In this document: piece by piece, positions 43,863 to 58,550 of the stretch | Position numbering within the stretch: position 1 is the stretch's first letter | How the letters are laid out: each line of letters starts with the position of its first letter | Assembly (NCBI GenBank): GCA_964016885.1 | Contig: OZ024762.1 | Span: 806,001 to 870,000 of the forward strand | Direction: 5' to 3' | Length of the DNA stretch: 64,000 nucleotides | Origin: Eledone cirrhosa | Lineage: Eukaryota | Translations under genes and position numbers: made by a program | The notes under the pieces: model-generated | What the model was told of the DNA's origin: nothing | Seen by the model: the letters and a program-made list of their open reading frames with translations, nothing else | Databases searched by the model: none

Positions 43863-45777
43863 GTAGAACACTGGAAGGTAATATCTGTAGTGGTAAAGCA
43901 CTCAGTCCATGGGACAAGTTAGTGCACCATATCGAGAACATTTGTTTCAGGAGCTGAGGGTCTGCTAAGGTGAAACAATTGTTCTCGGTATGGTGAACTA
44001 ACTGTTGTGTTACCACTTCTATATATATATATATAAAACTATTTCAGTCATATTACACCATAAATAGCTCAAAATTTATTTCAAAAGTTATATTTAGGTG
44101 TAGATATTTACAGTGCATTGCAAGCAAAAATATATTTTAGAATATAATTTCATCTTCAAATTTGTACTTATATCGTGTGTGTGTGTGTGAATATGTATAT
44201 GTGTGTATATCTATATCTATCTGTCTATCCCTATATATATATATATACACGTGTGGATATCTATATGTATGTCTGTCTCTTCCTACATATATATATATAT
44301 ATATAAATATATATCATGATGATATATATATATATGTGTGTGTGTGTGTACATATGTTTTTTTATATGTATGTGTGAGTGTAGATATTTAAATCTCTCTC
44401 TCTCTATCCCTATATACATACATCTCTCTCTCTATATATATATATATGTGTGTGTGTGTATAGATGTAAGTGTGTGTGTGTGTATACACTTCCTGTTATA
44501 GATGAAGAAATAAAGACTAACCTTGCTGTGAGATGTTATCTTCTGACAGTTACTCTTATTTCTCCAATACTTTCTAGATTGTTCTTATAGCTTCCTAGAA
44601 GGACTGACTACTGAGACAGTCACACCTGTCTGGGTTCTTTCCTGTGTAGGGCACACGTCTCATTTCAACATGTCCCCAGAAGGACTGACCTTGAAAATAA
44701 TTATACCTGTCTAGACTTGCTTCTTTTGTAGGGCACACTACATTATCTTAATAAAGGACTACATATATGTGTGTGTGTTGGTAGAGTGGTTGGATCACCA
44801 TTCTGCCTGTCTATACTTCTGGGTAGGTAGCTGGGTAGATAGGGAGGTAGTGTAAAGTAGTTGATGTTAGGAAGGCCATCCAGCCATAGAAATGAAGCCA
44901 AAATATTATCACTAATGGATTATATATGTATGGTCCCGTAAATACGGTGTTTCTTGGGCATTTGTAAACCTCGCAGAGCCCATCCCTCTCCAGGATAGAA
45001 AGTGAGCGAGAAAGGAAATGAGAAAGAGTTATAGAGGTCCCCAGTACTGGTGTATATATATATATCACCATCTTCATCATCGTTTAACGTCCGTCTTCCA
45101 TGTTAGCATGGGTTAGACGGGTTTGTCTCACTTGAGGCAAGATTGGACGGGTGACTGTGTCTCGCTCATATATATATATAAAGAATTTGAAGTTTTAAAA
45201 CCACGACAACGCAGGTTTGGACGGACAATAATTAAATTGTTTTTTTTACCTTAATTTATTCAGATGTCCTGATATTTCGAGATTAATATCTCTTCTTCCG
45301 AGGAAAATAAAGGAACTACTCCAGTGTCCGATGTGGCTTGCTATACCATATATATATATATGGAGAGAGGAAATAAGAAAGAGATATAGAGGAAGAATCA
45401 ACCCCAGTATTAGACTGGTACTTGTTTCTTATCAACCTCGAGTGGATGAAAGGCAAAGTTGACCTGAGAGAGCGGAGAACCAGAATAAATCCTTTTGATA
45501 TTCTAATGACCACCTTCCTCGCTTAAATATAGTCTCTCATAAACAGTAAATAATTTATTGAAACATTTTCGGTCTTTAACAATTATAAGATCTAACAAGA
45601 CCCATGTATGTTTAGTATAGATAAACATATTGTATATATGGTATTGTTATATATAAATATATAGTATATGGCAGCATGGACAATATAGATATATATACAT
45701 ATAACATATTGTATATGAGAGTATATATAATATAGTTATATATAAACATATAGTATATGACAGCATGTACAATATGG

Positions 45778-45852
<75 letters not shown>

Positions 45853-45853
<1 letters not shown>

Positions 45854-46015
45854 CGTATTTCCCGGCACTGAAGACACCACTTCGTCCTCGAAGACACACC
45901 CTAATTTTGACAACCAAAATTTTGAAAAAGAAATAACCAACCCTCAGCCTCCAGGACACACTGTAGATTTGAGACTTATTTTAGGGAATAAGTAGCATCT
46001 TCGACGGGAATACGG
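45853..46015. mobile_element. Tc1/pogo-like MITE
   Basis: TIRs ccgtatttcccg / cgggaatacgg within (TA)n. Confidence 0.7.
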
Positions 46016-46163
46016 TACATATATATATTATTAGTACAGATTAAAGTTTAAGCAAAGAACTTCTGCTTTCCCCCAGGATCTTCTGGAGATCCCTTAACAG
46101 GGTGAAAGCAGAAATTCTTTGCTTGGACTTTAATCTGTACTAAATAAATAAATATTTGCTCTA

Positions 46164-46239
<76 letters not shown>

Positions 46240-47013
46240 ATCCTTATCGAGCCCTCGTTGGATTTTGGTCTTCATAATTCTTCTTCTTGGTTGTCCATCG
46301 TAAACGATGATGACATCTTATATATATATACCCATATATGACCATATATATATATATATATATATACACGCATACATAAGCATATACATGTATGGGTGTG
46401 AGCATATATATATATGTAAGTATATCTATGTAAATATATGTGAGCATATATATATATGTGTGTGTATATATGTATATATATGTGTATGCGTATATATAAT
46501 ATGGTTATTTTACACAGACATACAGTATATATAATATACATATATAATATATTATACATATATTGTATATACTTTTATATATACATGTGTATATTAATGT
46601 AGAAAGTGTTACCTACCTGAGTGGTCAGCTTTCATCTATTGACAACTCCTTTGTCACACAGGTACTATAGTTTATTACTACTACTACTACCACTACTGCT
46701 ACTACTACTACTACTACTACAGCTACTACCACTACTACTACTACAACAACTACCACTACTACTACTACCACCACTACAACAACTACCACTACTACTACTA
46801 CCACCACTACAACCACCACCACTACTACTATTAGCTGCAGTTTATTACAGCAACAACAACAATAATAATTGTTTCTACATTTTGGCACAAGGTCAGCAAT
46901 TTGAAGGGAAGAGGGGGAAAATCGGTCAAATTGACCCCAGTACATTACTGGTACTTTAATTTATTGCCCATGTAAGGTTGAATTTGTGCATGTTTGTATA
47001 TATATATGTTGGC

Positions 47014-47122
<109 letters not shown>

Positions 47123-47134
47123 CATATATATACA

Positions 47135-47191
<57 letters not shown>

Positions 47192-47661
47192 GAGCAGTTC
47201 CTGTATGAGCAAGGCATGGTCAGCCGACCAGACACTGCCCACAACAGGACAACCCGTCTAACCCATGCTAGCGTGGAAGAACGGACGTAAAACGGTGATG
47301 ATGATGATGATGATATACATACATATATATATACATATATACATACATATATATATATACACGTGGTATGGACATGTGATGTACATGGAGGGGTACCGCT
47401 GGGTAAAGAAATGCCAAGAAATCTCAGTGGAAGGAAGACGTAGTAGAGGAAGACCACGAAAAAGATGGGCGGAGGTGGTGAGAGGTGACCTCAGACTGGT
47501 GAAACTCATGGAGGAGATGACGAAGGACCTTGACAAGTGGAGAGATGCTGCGCTGAAGAGGACCCGTCCCACCCTTGCAGGGAAAAGTGGACGTATGATG
47601 ATGATGATGATACACACCTACATATCATCATCATCATCATCATCATCAATATATATATACA

Positions 47662-47763
47662 TACAGGGTGTCCCCCAAAAATGTATACACACTTCAACAG
47701 CATGATAATAAATATTGCCTGTACAGGTAATCGTGTGTATACATTTTTGAGGGACACTCTGTA
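47662..47763. mobile_element. Tc1/mariner-like 100-bp MITE
   Basis: ta-cagggtgtcccccaaaaatgtatacac...gtgtatacatttttgagggacactctg-ta; related copy at 28311-28412. Confidence 0.75.
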
Positions 47764-47804
47764 TATATGTGAAAGTGCATGGCTTAGTGGTTAGAGTGAT
47801 ATTT

Positions 47805-47836
<32 letters not shown>

Positions 47837-48262
47837 GGTGGTGGTGGTAGTAGTAGTGGTGGTGGTTGTAGTAGTAGTAGTGGTGGTGGTGGTGGTTGTA
47901 GTAGTAGTGGTGGTGGTTGTAGTAGTAGTAGTGGTGGTGATGGTAGTAGTAGTAGTAGCAGTAGTAGTAGCAGTAACAGTAGTAGTAGTAGTGGTAGTAG
48001 TAGTAGCAGAGGTAGTAGTAACAGTAGTAGTAGTAACAGTAGCAGTAGTAGTAGTAGCAGTAACAGTAACAGTAGTAGTGGTAGTAGTAGTAACAGTAGC
48101 AGTAGCAGTAGCAGTAGCAGTAGTAACAGTAGTAGTAGTAGCAGTAGCAGTAGTAACAGTAGCAGTAGTAGTAGTAGCAGTAACAGTAGTAGTAGTAACA
48201 GTAACAGTAGTAGTGGTAGTAGTAGTAACAGTAGCAGTAGTAGTAACAGTAGTAGTAGTAGC
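47805..48262. repeat. (GTA/GTG)n trinucleotide tract; similar tracts at 540-800, 38140-38465, 46675-46860
   Basis: Simple repeats. Confidence 0.95.
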
Positions 48263-48474
48263 CATGTTATTGTTTTCATTGTATAATTGTTATTGTATCT
48301 TACTCAATTATTGGATTAACAGCTTTCATTTATCTACACAGCTGTGTGAGTGTATAGGGGTTTGTGTATATACACACACATACATATATATATATAAATA
48401 CACACACACATATATATATATATATACACACACTTCACATATATATATATATACACACACACACGTATATATAT

Positions 48475-49082
48475 ATATATATACATACATGCACACATAT
48501 ATATATGCACGTATCGGTTTACCGAACATTTATTATAATGCTCGGTTTGTTTGTTTGTAAACAAACAAACAGCCCGAATTACACCGTACAGTGTTTAGGC
48601 AACCACGTCACCTTTTTGTTCAACACTGACACAGGAACGCTGTACTAGTTTCAAGCTTATTAGCTATCGTCAGCATCGTATACCTTCCTGCCAGATGGTT
48701 GAACGTCTGAAAGTATATACTTTCCTTATGCATATTAACGGCTGAGCAGCCTTATTTGCATATCGAGTGAGTTCAGTCGGCCGGGCACACCGAAAACGAT
48801 AAATTTCTATTCCATTTATTGTTATGCATAAGGAAAGTATATACTTTCAGACGTTCAACCATCTGGCAGGAAGGTATACAATGCTGACGATAGCTAATAA
48901 GCTTGAAACTAGTACAGCGTTCCTGTGTCAGTGTTGAACAAAAAGGTGACGTGGTTGCCTAAACACTGTACGGCGTAAGTTGGGCTGTTTGTTTGTTTAC
49001 AAACAAACAAACCGAGCATTATAATAAATGTTCGGTAAACCGATACGTGCATATATATATGTGTGCATGTATGTATATATAT
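48475..49082. repeat. Long inverted repeat, ~260-bp arms, 88-nt spacer
   Basis: 48475-48734 is the reverse complement of 48823-49082 with about 4 mismatches. Confidence 0.95.
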
Positions 49083-49383
49083 ACATACTACTGTACGTCT
49101 GTATACATATATGTATGTACGTATACATACATACATACTTACATTTAAGTAAGTGCCGTACTAAGAGTGAGAAATGAAATTTCGTTTCATTCTATTCTAT
49201 ATATATATATATATATATATAACAAATTTAATATAGAAATGGCTTCTTCAGAACTAGAACTGTTTCATTCGAAGGAAACAGTTCTAGTCCTGTAGAAGCC
49301 ATTTCTATATTAAATTTGTTGTATACACTCTACTATGTATTGAGTACCTTACTTACTGTGGTTACCCCCGATGGAACCCAGAA

Positions 49384-49432
<49 letters not shown>

Positions 49433-51141
49433 GTGTGTGTGTCTTGTGTAATTATATACACTGGAACCTCAGTTGACAAACTTAATTCATTCCTGCCAGC
49501 ATTGAGATCAGAAACAAGACACAAAAGATTGCGAGACGCTGTGCAAATAACTTCTGGTTACAATTATGTGAAGGTATGCAAGTGTCATTTGACACAGATA
49601 ACATCCGTGGAATGTATGAGGGCATCAAACAAGCCATTGGCCCAACCCAGAGCAAGATAGCTCCACTTAAAACCAGAAGAGGTGAGGTCATCAAAGGTAA
49701 AAGAGAGTAGTTGGAGAGATGGGTGGAAGATTATTCTGTACTATACATGCACCTTTGATGAGTTGTAGTAACCCTGAGCATTGTACACAATAATTTCATT
49801 ATTATTATTATTATTACTGCGAACTCTACGCCAAGGAAAACAGCATCTCAGAGACACCTTCCTTGTCCAGACTCTCCTGCATTCTGTCATATTTTTATTC
49901 TGATGTCACTAATAACTAACCTCTGTTTGGTGGTGCATTCTTCTCAGGGAGAGTCAATACTTCTGCCTGGGAGATCAGTGGTTCTGCTTCAGTAGTGACT
50001 TGGTCTACATGGACCCTGTCCAAGCCTTGCTAGCAGGGAAAACAGACATTAATATGACAATGATGATGATACAAAACTGATTATTCACACCATTGCTACT
50101 CTGGGTTTCCCACAGACAACAAGTTAGACATTGCTACTTGTCAGTGCTGGGAGGAGAGAACAATCCTGCAAGACATGAGGGTTCACAACATTGAGATACA
50201 ATCTTGTAGGAGACCAGCTAAACCTACATAGGTGTGACCTGTAACAACACCCTAGAAACCTGTAGGTATGTATTTGTGTGTATATATATATATATGTGTG
50301 TGTATTTGTGTATATATATATATATATGTGTATGTATATATATATATATATGTGTGGAAGTATATATTTGTGATCAAATTAAATCTATGTATGTATATAT
50401 GTATATATATGTATGTGATTGAATTAAATCTAAGTATGTATGTATATTGAAGTAAATCTGCTACTGACTACCAAGTAATTACTTTACCTGTTCACAGAAG
50501 GAAGCACTTCTTTCACCTGACTTGTCTACACATGTCTAAATATATATTGTCATTTATTGCCCTCAAATACCTGCATACTTCAATGTTATTGACAAAACCA
50601 CATTTTATCTGAGTTACTTTTGTTGATAAACCCTAGAACCTCAGTTCACAAACTTGATTCATTCCTGAAGGGCGTTTGTCACCTGAAATGTTTGTAATAT
50701 ATATATATACATATATAATATATGTATATATATAGTCCAGAAATAGCCGTCGAAACGGCTTGAGCTCTGCCGTCGGGGTCATACTTTTTCCTATTTCCCA
50801 CTCTACTACCCTAAGTATTGAGTACTCTGGTGCGTTATGATCCATCTGGTTCCTTACCACAATTCCTTTGTTATATATGTATATATGTAAATATATATCC
50901 ATCTGATACCTTATGACGTAGAGTGATTACATTTGATTACACCATTATTGGTCGATTGCTTGGATCAACCAACACTGATTACTGAAACAAATATACATGT
51001 CTTCATCAACACAGCACCATCTCTTGTGGCCCTTTGTTATCTCTGTTGGCAATGTTAGTTTCTTAGGGTCAGTCTTCACTACGTCCCAAGTCTTCCTGGG
51101 TCAGCCTGGTTCATTGATTGTAGCTCTACGGCTGTTAATGG

Positions 51142-51585
51142 TAACTATACTAACCCTAACTATACTAACTCTAACTATACTAACCCTAACTATACTAACT
51201 CTAACTATACTAACCCTAACTATACTAACTCTAACTCTAACTATACTAACCCTAACTATACTAACTCTAACTATACTAACCCTAACTATACTAACCCTAA
51301 CTCTAACTCTAACTATACTAACCCTAACTATACTAACTCTAACTATACTAACTCTAACTATACTAACCCTAACTATACTAACCCTAACTATACTAACTCT
51401 AACTATACTAACCCTAACTATACTAACCCTAACTATACTAACTCTAACTCTAACTATACTAACCCTAACTATACTAACCCTAACTATACTAACCCTAACT
51501 ATACTAACTCTAACTATACTAACCCTAACTATACTAACCCTAACTATACTAACCCTAACTATACTAACTATACTAACCTTAACCC
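51142..51585. repeat. 15-bp telomere-like minisatellite
   Basis: taactatactaaccc / taactatactaactc. Confidence 0.95.
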
Positions 51586-51793
51586 ATATTTCAACATCTC
51601 TTCCCAGCCCAGAAACAATAAAACAAGACATGAATCGTTCTTTAAACAAGTTTTATCTCGTTCATTGTATTTTATTATATTCTAACTTCTCCTCTATAAC
51701 TTACATTTCTTGCCCTCAGACAAAAGCTACACAACCCACTCTATATATATATATATACACACACACATATATATGTATATACATATATATATA

Positions 51794-51824
<31 letters not shown>

Positions 51825-52035
51825 ATGTATGTATGGGTTCTATCGAACATTAATAACAATGTACAATTTGTTTGTAAACAAACGACCCATTTGTATATGT
51901 GTGTATATATATATATGTGTGTGTGTGTATATATATATATATATGTGTGTATATATATATATGTGTGTGTGTATACTGACATTTATGTATCAGCTGTGCT
52001 AGGGCGAGAAATAAAATTCTTTTTTATATATATAT

Positions 52036-52076
<41 letters not shown>

Positions 52077-52094
52077 CACCCTTATATATAGTAA

Positions 52095-52281
52095 TTGTTT
52101 CTACTTTTGGCACAAGGCCAGCAATTACCCAGTACATTACTGGTACTTTATTTTATCGACCCCGTAAGGATGAAAGGCAAAGTTAACCTCGGCGGGATTT
52201 GAACTCAGAATGGCAAGGGCCGTAACTCTATGCGTCAAAGCATGGCGTCCGACCCTCTACCGATACTGCCAATCCACCGCC
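52095..52281 (-). mobile_element. tRNA-derived SINE, same family
   Basis: Reverse complement of the consensus; head nearly identical to 293-386. Confidence 0.85.
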
Positions 52282-53259
52282 ATGGATATATATATAGTAA
52301 TAATAATAAATTAGAAGACTAAAATCCAAAGAGTGCTCGATAAGGGTGAAAGCAGCGATTCTTTGCTTAAACTTTAATCTGTTATTTTAATAAATATATA
52401 TATATACACACACTCACACACATATATATATCAGTTCTGTATGGGCAAGGCAGGGTCATTATATCTGACCACCACGATGCTAACGTGGGAAAAATGGACA
52501 TTATACAGTGATGACGATGATGATGATGATGATATGTCTGTATTTTTGTTCAGCACATTTCTATGTGTTGTTTATATTTGAATGGCATCCAAGGTGATAG
52601 GAGAAATCTATTGTTTGGGTTTTAGCCAGAGTTGTTTATCTTCTCTGAAGGTTAAATATCTCTCAAATCTCTTCACAATTGCCAGAATATTCCCTTCAAA
52701 TGAAAGACAATCTTTGCAAAGATTGGCTAAAAATATCGCAGCTACATTCCTGCACACAAACACACATGTATATGTATATGTGTGTGTGTGTATGTGTATA
52801 TATATATGTATGTGCCAATGCACACACGTGTGTATATATAGATATGTGTATCTGTATCCGTATGTATGTGCGTGTGTCTATATATATATATATATGTATA
52901 TATATACGTGCGTGTGTATATATATATATATGTACATGTGTGTGTGCATGTATTTATATATATGTGTGTGTGCATGTATATCATCATCATCATCATTTTA
53001 CGGATACACATGTGTGTGCATGTATATATATATATATATGTGTGCATGTATATATATATATGTGTGTGTGCATGTATATATATATATATGTGTGTGTACA
53101 ACAAAATACGTAGTTACCAATGGAGATATCAATGTAGATATGTGCATTGTAGTGATAAGATGTGCAACAGCCCCTGCACAAGTGGTGCAGCAGAGTATAG
53201 CTATGTAGAGATTACAGTAAACATGTGCTGCTTATTGACACAGTTATTGGTGTGTGGGG

Positions 53260-54820
53260 TGTATGTGGGAGTATAACACCCCTCTCTCTCAGTTATTACT
53301 GTGTATGTGAGAGTATAACACCCCTCTCTCTCAGTTATTACTGTGTATGTGAGAGTATAACACCCCTCTCTCTCAGTTATTACTGTGTATGTGAGAGTAT
53401 AACACCCCTCTCTCTCAGTTATTACTGTGTATGTGAGAGTATAACACCCCTCTCTCTCTCAGTTATTACTGTGTATGTGAGAGTATAACACCCCTCTCTC
53501 TCAGTTATTACTGTGTATGTGGGAGTATAACACCCCTCTCTCTCACTTATTACTGTGTATGTGAGAGTATAACACCCCTCTCTCTCTCAGTTATTACTGT
53601 GTATGTGAGAGTATAACACCCCTCTCTCTCAGTTATTACTGTGTATGTGGGAGTATAACACCCCTCTCTCTCAGTTATTACTGTGTATGTGAGAGTATAA
53701 CACCCCTCTCTCTCAGTTATTACTGTGTATGTGAGAGTATAACACCCCCTCTCTCAGTTATTACTGTGTATGTGAGAGTATAACACCCCTCTCTCTCAGT
53801 TATTACTGTGTATGTGAGAGTATAACACCCCTCTCTCTCTCAGTTATTACTGTGTATGTGAGAGTATAACACCCCACTCTCTCTCAGTTATTACTGTGTA
53901 TGTGAGAGTATAACACCCCTCTCTCTCAGTTATTACTGTGTATGTGAGAGTATAACACCCCTCTCTCTCAGTTATTACTGTGTATGTGAGAGTATAACAC
54001 CCCTCTCTCTCTCAGTTATTACTGTGTATGTGAGAGTATAACACCCCTCTCTCTCAGTTATTACTGTGTATGTGGGAGTATAACACCCCTCTCTCTCACT
54101 TATTACTGTGTATGTGAGAGTATAACACCCCTCTCTCTCTCAGTTATTACTGTGTATGTGAGAGTATAACACCCCTCTCTCTCAGTTATTACTGTGTATG
54201 TGGGAGTATAACACCCCTCTCTCTCAGTTATTACTGTGTATGTGAGAGTATAACACCCCTCTCTCTCAGTTATTACTGTGTATGTGAGAGTATAACACCC
54301 CCTCTCTCAGTTATTACTGTGTATGTGAGAGTATAACACCCCTCTCTCTCAGTTATTACTGTGTATGTGAGAGTATAACACCCCTCTCTCTCTCAGTTAT
54401 TACTGTGTATGTGAGAGTATAACACCCCACTCTCTCTCAGTTATTACTGTGTATGTGAGAGTATAACACCCCTCTCTCTCAGTTATTACTGTGTATGTGA
54501 GAGTATAACACCCCTCTCTCTCAGTTATTACTGTGTATGTGAGAGTATAACACCCCTCTCTCTCTCAGTTATTACTGTGTATGTGAGAGTATAACACCCC
54601 TCTCTCTCAGTTATTACTGTGTATGTGAGAGTATAACACCCCCCTCTCTCAGTTATTACTGTGTATGTGAGAGTATAACACCCCTCTCTCTCAGTTATTA
54701 CTGTGTATGTGAGAGTATAACACCCCCCTCTCTCAGTTATTACTGTGTATGTGAGAGTATAACACCCCTCTCTCTCAGTTATTACTGTGTATGTGGGAGT
54801 ATAACACCCCCCTCTCTCTT
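53260..54820. repeat. 42-bp minisatellite
   Basis: gtgtatgtgagagtataacacccctctctctcagttattact. Confidence 0.97.
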
Positions 54821-55087
54821 TATCTCTGTCTCAGAAATGTCTAATTACATGCTTTTTCTCTAAAATGTTTTTCCCTTTCCTTCCTCTTCTTGCTGTCTCT
54901 CTGTTTCATCTTTTATTTCTCATTCTATCTTTTGATGAAGGACTAGTGTCTGAAACGTTATGACTCTTTCCCTACTATATCAAGCGTTAAACTAATTTAT
55001 TTCTTCATTGTACTGTGTTGTTTCTGTTTACTTTTCGCACACAGTCATTATATATATATACACTCACACAAACACATATATATATAT

Positions 55088-55130
<43 letters not shown>

Positions 55131-55344
55131 TATATATATATATACACACATATATATACACACACACACACGTATATATACACACATATATATATACACA
55201 CACACACACATATATATATATATACACTCACACAAATACATATATATCACACACACACACGCATAAATATATATATACACACACACACATGTGGTGATGG
55301 TGATGATATTTATATATTTACTTGTTCTCTGTTTGAAACCCCAG

Positions 55345-55550
55345 TAGAGAAATGTTGTCAGCTACAACAGAAGCTAGAGAATGTCAACCAACACATGAGC
55401 TGCCAACTGAAGCAATCAAATACAGATTTAGCTGCAGCACAGCAGGAGATTCTGCAGATCAAGATAGATGCACAATTGACACCAAAAGTCATGGTCGATG
55501 CACGACAACTGCAGGAGGATATCACAAGATATAAACAACATATTGATAAA
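55345..55550 (+). CDS. CCDC73: CCDC73-like exon 7 (after a 20.9-kb intron)
   Basis: ccccag|(V)EKCCQLQQKLENVNQ..RYKQHIDK|gtagga; phase 1 joins exon 6 in frame; coiled-coil heptads. Confidence 0.8.
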
Positions 55551-55649
55551 GTAGGATGTTGTTGTTGTTAGCTTCTCTTAAGTCTTCTACCCTTTGTCTA
55601 GGGCACAGATGAGGAACCTTTTCATGTTGAAAGGCTGCATAAACCCGTA

Positions 55650-56110
55650 AAATTTACATCACTCTATATTAACCCCTTAATATTTACATCACTCTATATT
55701 AACCCCTTAACATTTACATCACTATATTAACCCCTTATTATTTATATCATGATATTAACCCCTTAATGTTTACATCACTATATTAACCCCTTATTATTTA
55801 TATCATGATATTAACCCCTTAATGTTTACATCACTCTATATTAACCCCTTATCATTTACATTACTCTATATTAACCCCTTAACATTTACATCTCTCTATA
55901 TTAACCACTTAACATTTACATCTCTCTATATTAACCCCTTAACATTTACATCTCTCTATATTAACCCCTTAATATTTACATCTCTCTATATTAACCCCTT
56001 AACATTTACATCTCTCTATATTAACCCCTTAATATTTACATTACTCTATATTAACCCCTTAATATTTACATCTCTCTATATTAACCCCTTAATATTTACA
56101 TTACTCTATA
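55650..56110. repeat. 30-bp minisatellite derived from the MITE end
   Basis: ttaaccccttaacatttacatctctctata. Confidence 0.9.
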
Positions 56111-56553
56111 TCAGTTGTTCCCAAAGGGGGTTCCATGAAAACTGAGGGTTCTCTACAGAATGACAGGAGGCCACAGGTTCCTCATCTCTGGTTTAGGGGT
56201 TCTATATAGCTGTACAGATGGCATAAAAGGTCACAGGTTACCCATCTCTGGTCTAGGGGCTTCCCTACAAAATCCTTTCAGAATTGAATTAATAGTTGCC
56301 CTTCTGTGACAATGAATCTCTTTGTTTATCATTGATGAAGCCATTTCATGTATATCAACTTGTGTTGCTGTTGACGGGCAACAATAGTGAAGCCAGGCCA
56401 GAAACTGTTCTGTATGACATGGTCATCTGAATAGGACAACACGTCTAACCCATACTAGCTTGGAAAATAGATGTGTGATGGTGAGGGGAGATGATGGGGA
56501 TGAGAAGTTGGAGGAGTAAGGGAGAGGATGATGATGTCTTTCTGTAATTTCAG

Positions 56554-56613
56554 CTCAACAATGAAAAGAAAGAAAGAGAGAAACAACTGCAGAATTCTAA
56601 CCAGAGAAACCAG
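56554..56613 (+). CDS. CCDC73: CCDC73-like exon 8
   Basis: tttcag|LNNEKKEREKQLQNSNQRNQ|gtaaat. Confidence 0.75.
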
Positions 56614-56779
56614 GTAAATTAACTTTATTTCTCCTGTTACACTGAGGGTCACATATGTGTTGTCAGAGGGCCACACATGACAACTAATTTTAACAAACAT
56701 AAAACATTCCCGCACTGTAAAAACCTGTTTGACATGCCTGTCATATAGTGTAAAATATCAAATTTCTCTGTATATACAT

Positions 56780-58550
56780 AAGAAATAATAATAAAGCAAC
56801 AACTCTAGATTACTGTATATATATATATATAGAAGAAATAATAATAAAGCAACAACTCTAGATTACTGTGTATATATATATATAGAAGAAATAATAATAA
56901 AGTAACACCTCTAGATTACTGTATATATATATATAGAAGAAATAATAATAAAGTAACACCTCTAGATTACTGTATATATATATATAGAAGAAATAATAAT
57001 AAAGTAACACCTCTAGATTACTGTATATATATATATATATAGAGAGAGAAGAAATAATAATAAAGTAACACCTCTAGATTACTGTATATATATATATATA
57101 TATAGAAGAAATAATAATAAAGTAACACCTCTAGATTACTGTATATATATATATATATATAGAAGAAATAATAGTAAAGTAACACCTCTAGATTACTGTA
57201 TATATATATAGAAGAAATAATAATAAAGTAACACCTCTAGATTACTGTATATATATATATAGAAGAAATAATAATAAAGTAACACCTCTAGATTACTGTA
57301 TATATATAGAAGAAATAATAATAAAGTAACACCTCTAGATTACTGTATATATATATATATATAGAAGAAATAATAATAAAGTAACAACTCTAGATTACTG
57401 TATATATATATAGAAGAAATAATAATAAAGTAACACCTCTAGATTACTGTATATATATATATAGAAGATATAATAATAAAGTAACACCTCTAGATTACTG
57501 TATATATATATATAGAAGAAATAATAATAAAGTAACACCTCTAGATTACTGTATATATATATATATATATAGAAGAAATAATAGTAAAGTAACACCTCTA
57601 GATTACTGTATATATATATAGAAGAAATAATAATAAAGTAACACCTCTAGATTACTGTATATATATATATAGAAGAAATAATAATAAAGTAACACCTCTA
57701 GATTACTGTATATATATAGAAGAAATAATAATAAAGTAACACCTCTAGATTACTGTATATATATATATATATAGAAGAAATAATAATAAAGTAACAACTC
57801 TAGATTACTGTATATATATATAGAAGAAATAATAATAAAGTAACACCTCTAGATTACTGTATATATATATATATAAGAAATAATAATAAAGTAACACCTC
57901 GAGATTACTGTATATATATATAGAAGAAATAATAATAAAGTAACACCTCTAGATTACTGTATATATATATATATATAGAAGAAATAATAGTAAAGTAACA
58001 CCTCTAGATTACTGTATATATATATAGAAGAAATAATAATAAAGTAACAACTCTAGATTACTGTATATATATATATAGAAGAAATAATAATAAAGTAACA
58101 ACTCTAGATTACTGTATATATATATATAGAAGAAATAATAGTAAAGTAACACCTCTAGATTACTGTATATATATATAGAAGAAATAATAATAAAGTAACA
58201 ACTCTAGATTACTGTATATATATATATAGAAGAAATAATAATAAAGTAACAACTCTAGATTACTGTATATATATATAGAAGAAATAATAATAAAGTAACA
58301 ACTCTAGATTACTGTATATATATATATAGAAGAAATAATAATAAAGTAACAACTCTAGATTACTGTATATATATATAGAAGAAATAATAATAAAGTAACA
58401 ACTCTAGATTACTGTATATATATATAGAAGAAATAATAATAAAGTAACAACTCTAGATTACTGTATATATATATATAGAAGAAATAATAATAAAGTAACA
58501 ACTCTAGATTACTGTATATATATATATAGAAGAAATAATAATAAAGCAAC
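56780..58550. repeat. ~50-bp minisatellite with a variable (TA)n in each unit
   Basis: agaagaaataataataaagtaacacctctagattactg(ta)n. Confidence 0.97.

Noticed and set aside
47618-48560. Poly-T/V/L mucin-like ORFs (also 485-823, 37995-38371, 46621-46959)
   Set aside because: Trinucleotide simple repeats with no splice or homology support.
50997-52091. 364-aa (TLTIL)n ORF
   Set aside because: Read-through of a 15-bp minisatellite and (TA)n.
53260-58550. Regularly spaced arrays as possible CRISPR
   Set aside because: The only variation is (CT)n or (TA)n length; there are no spacers.
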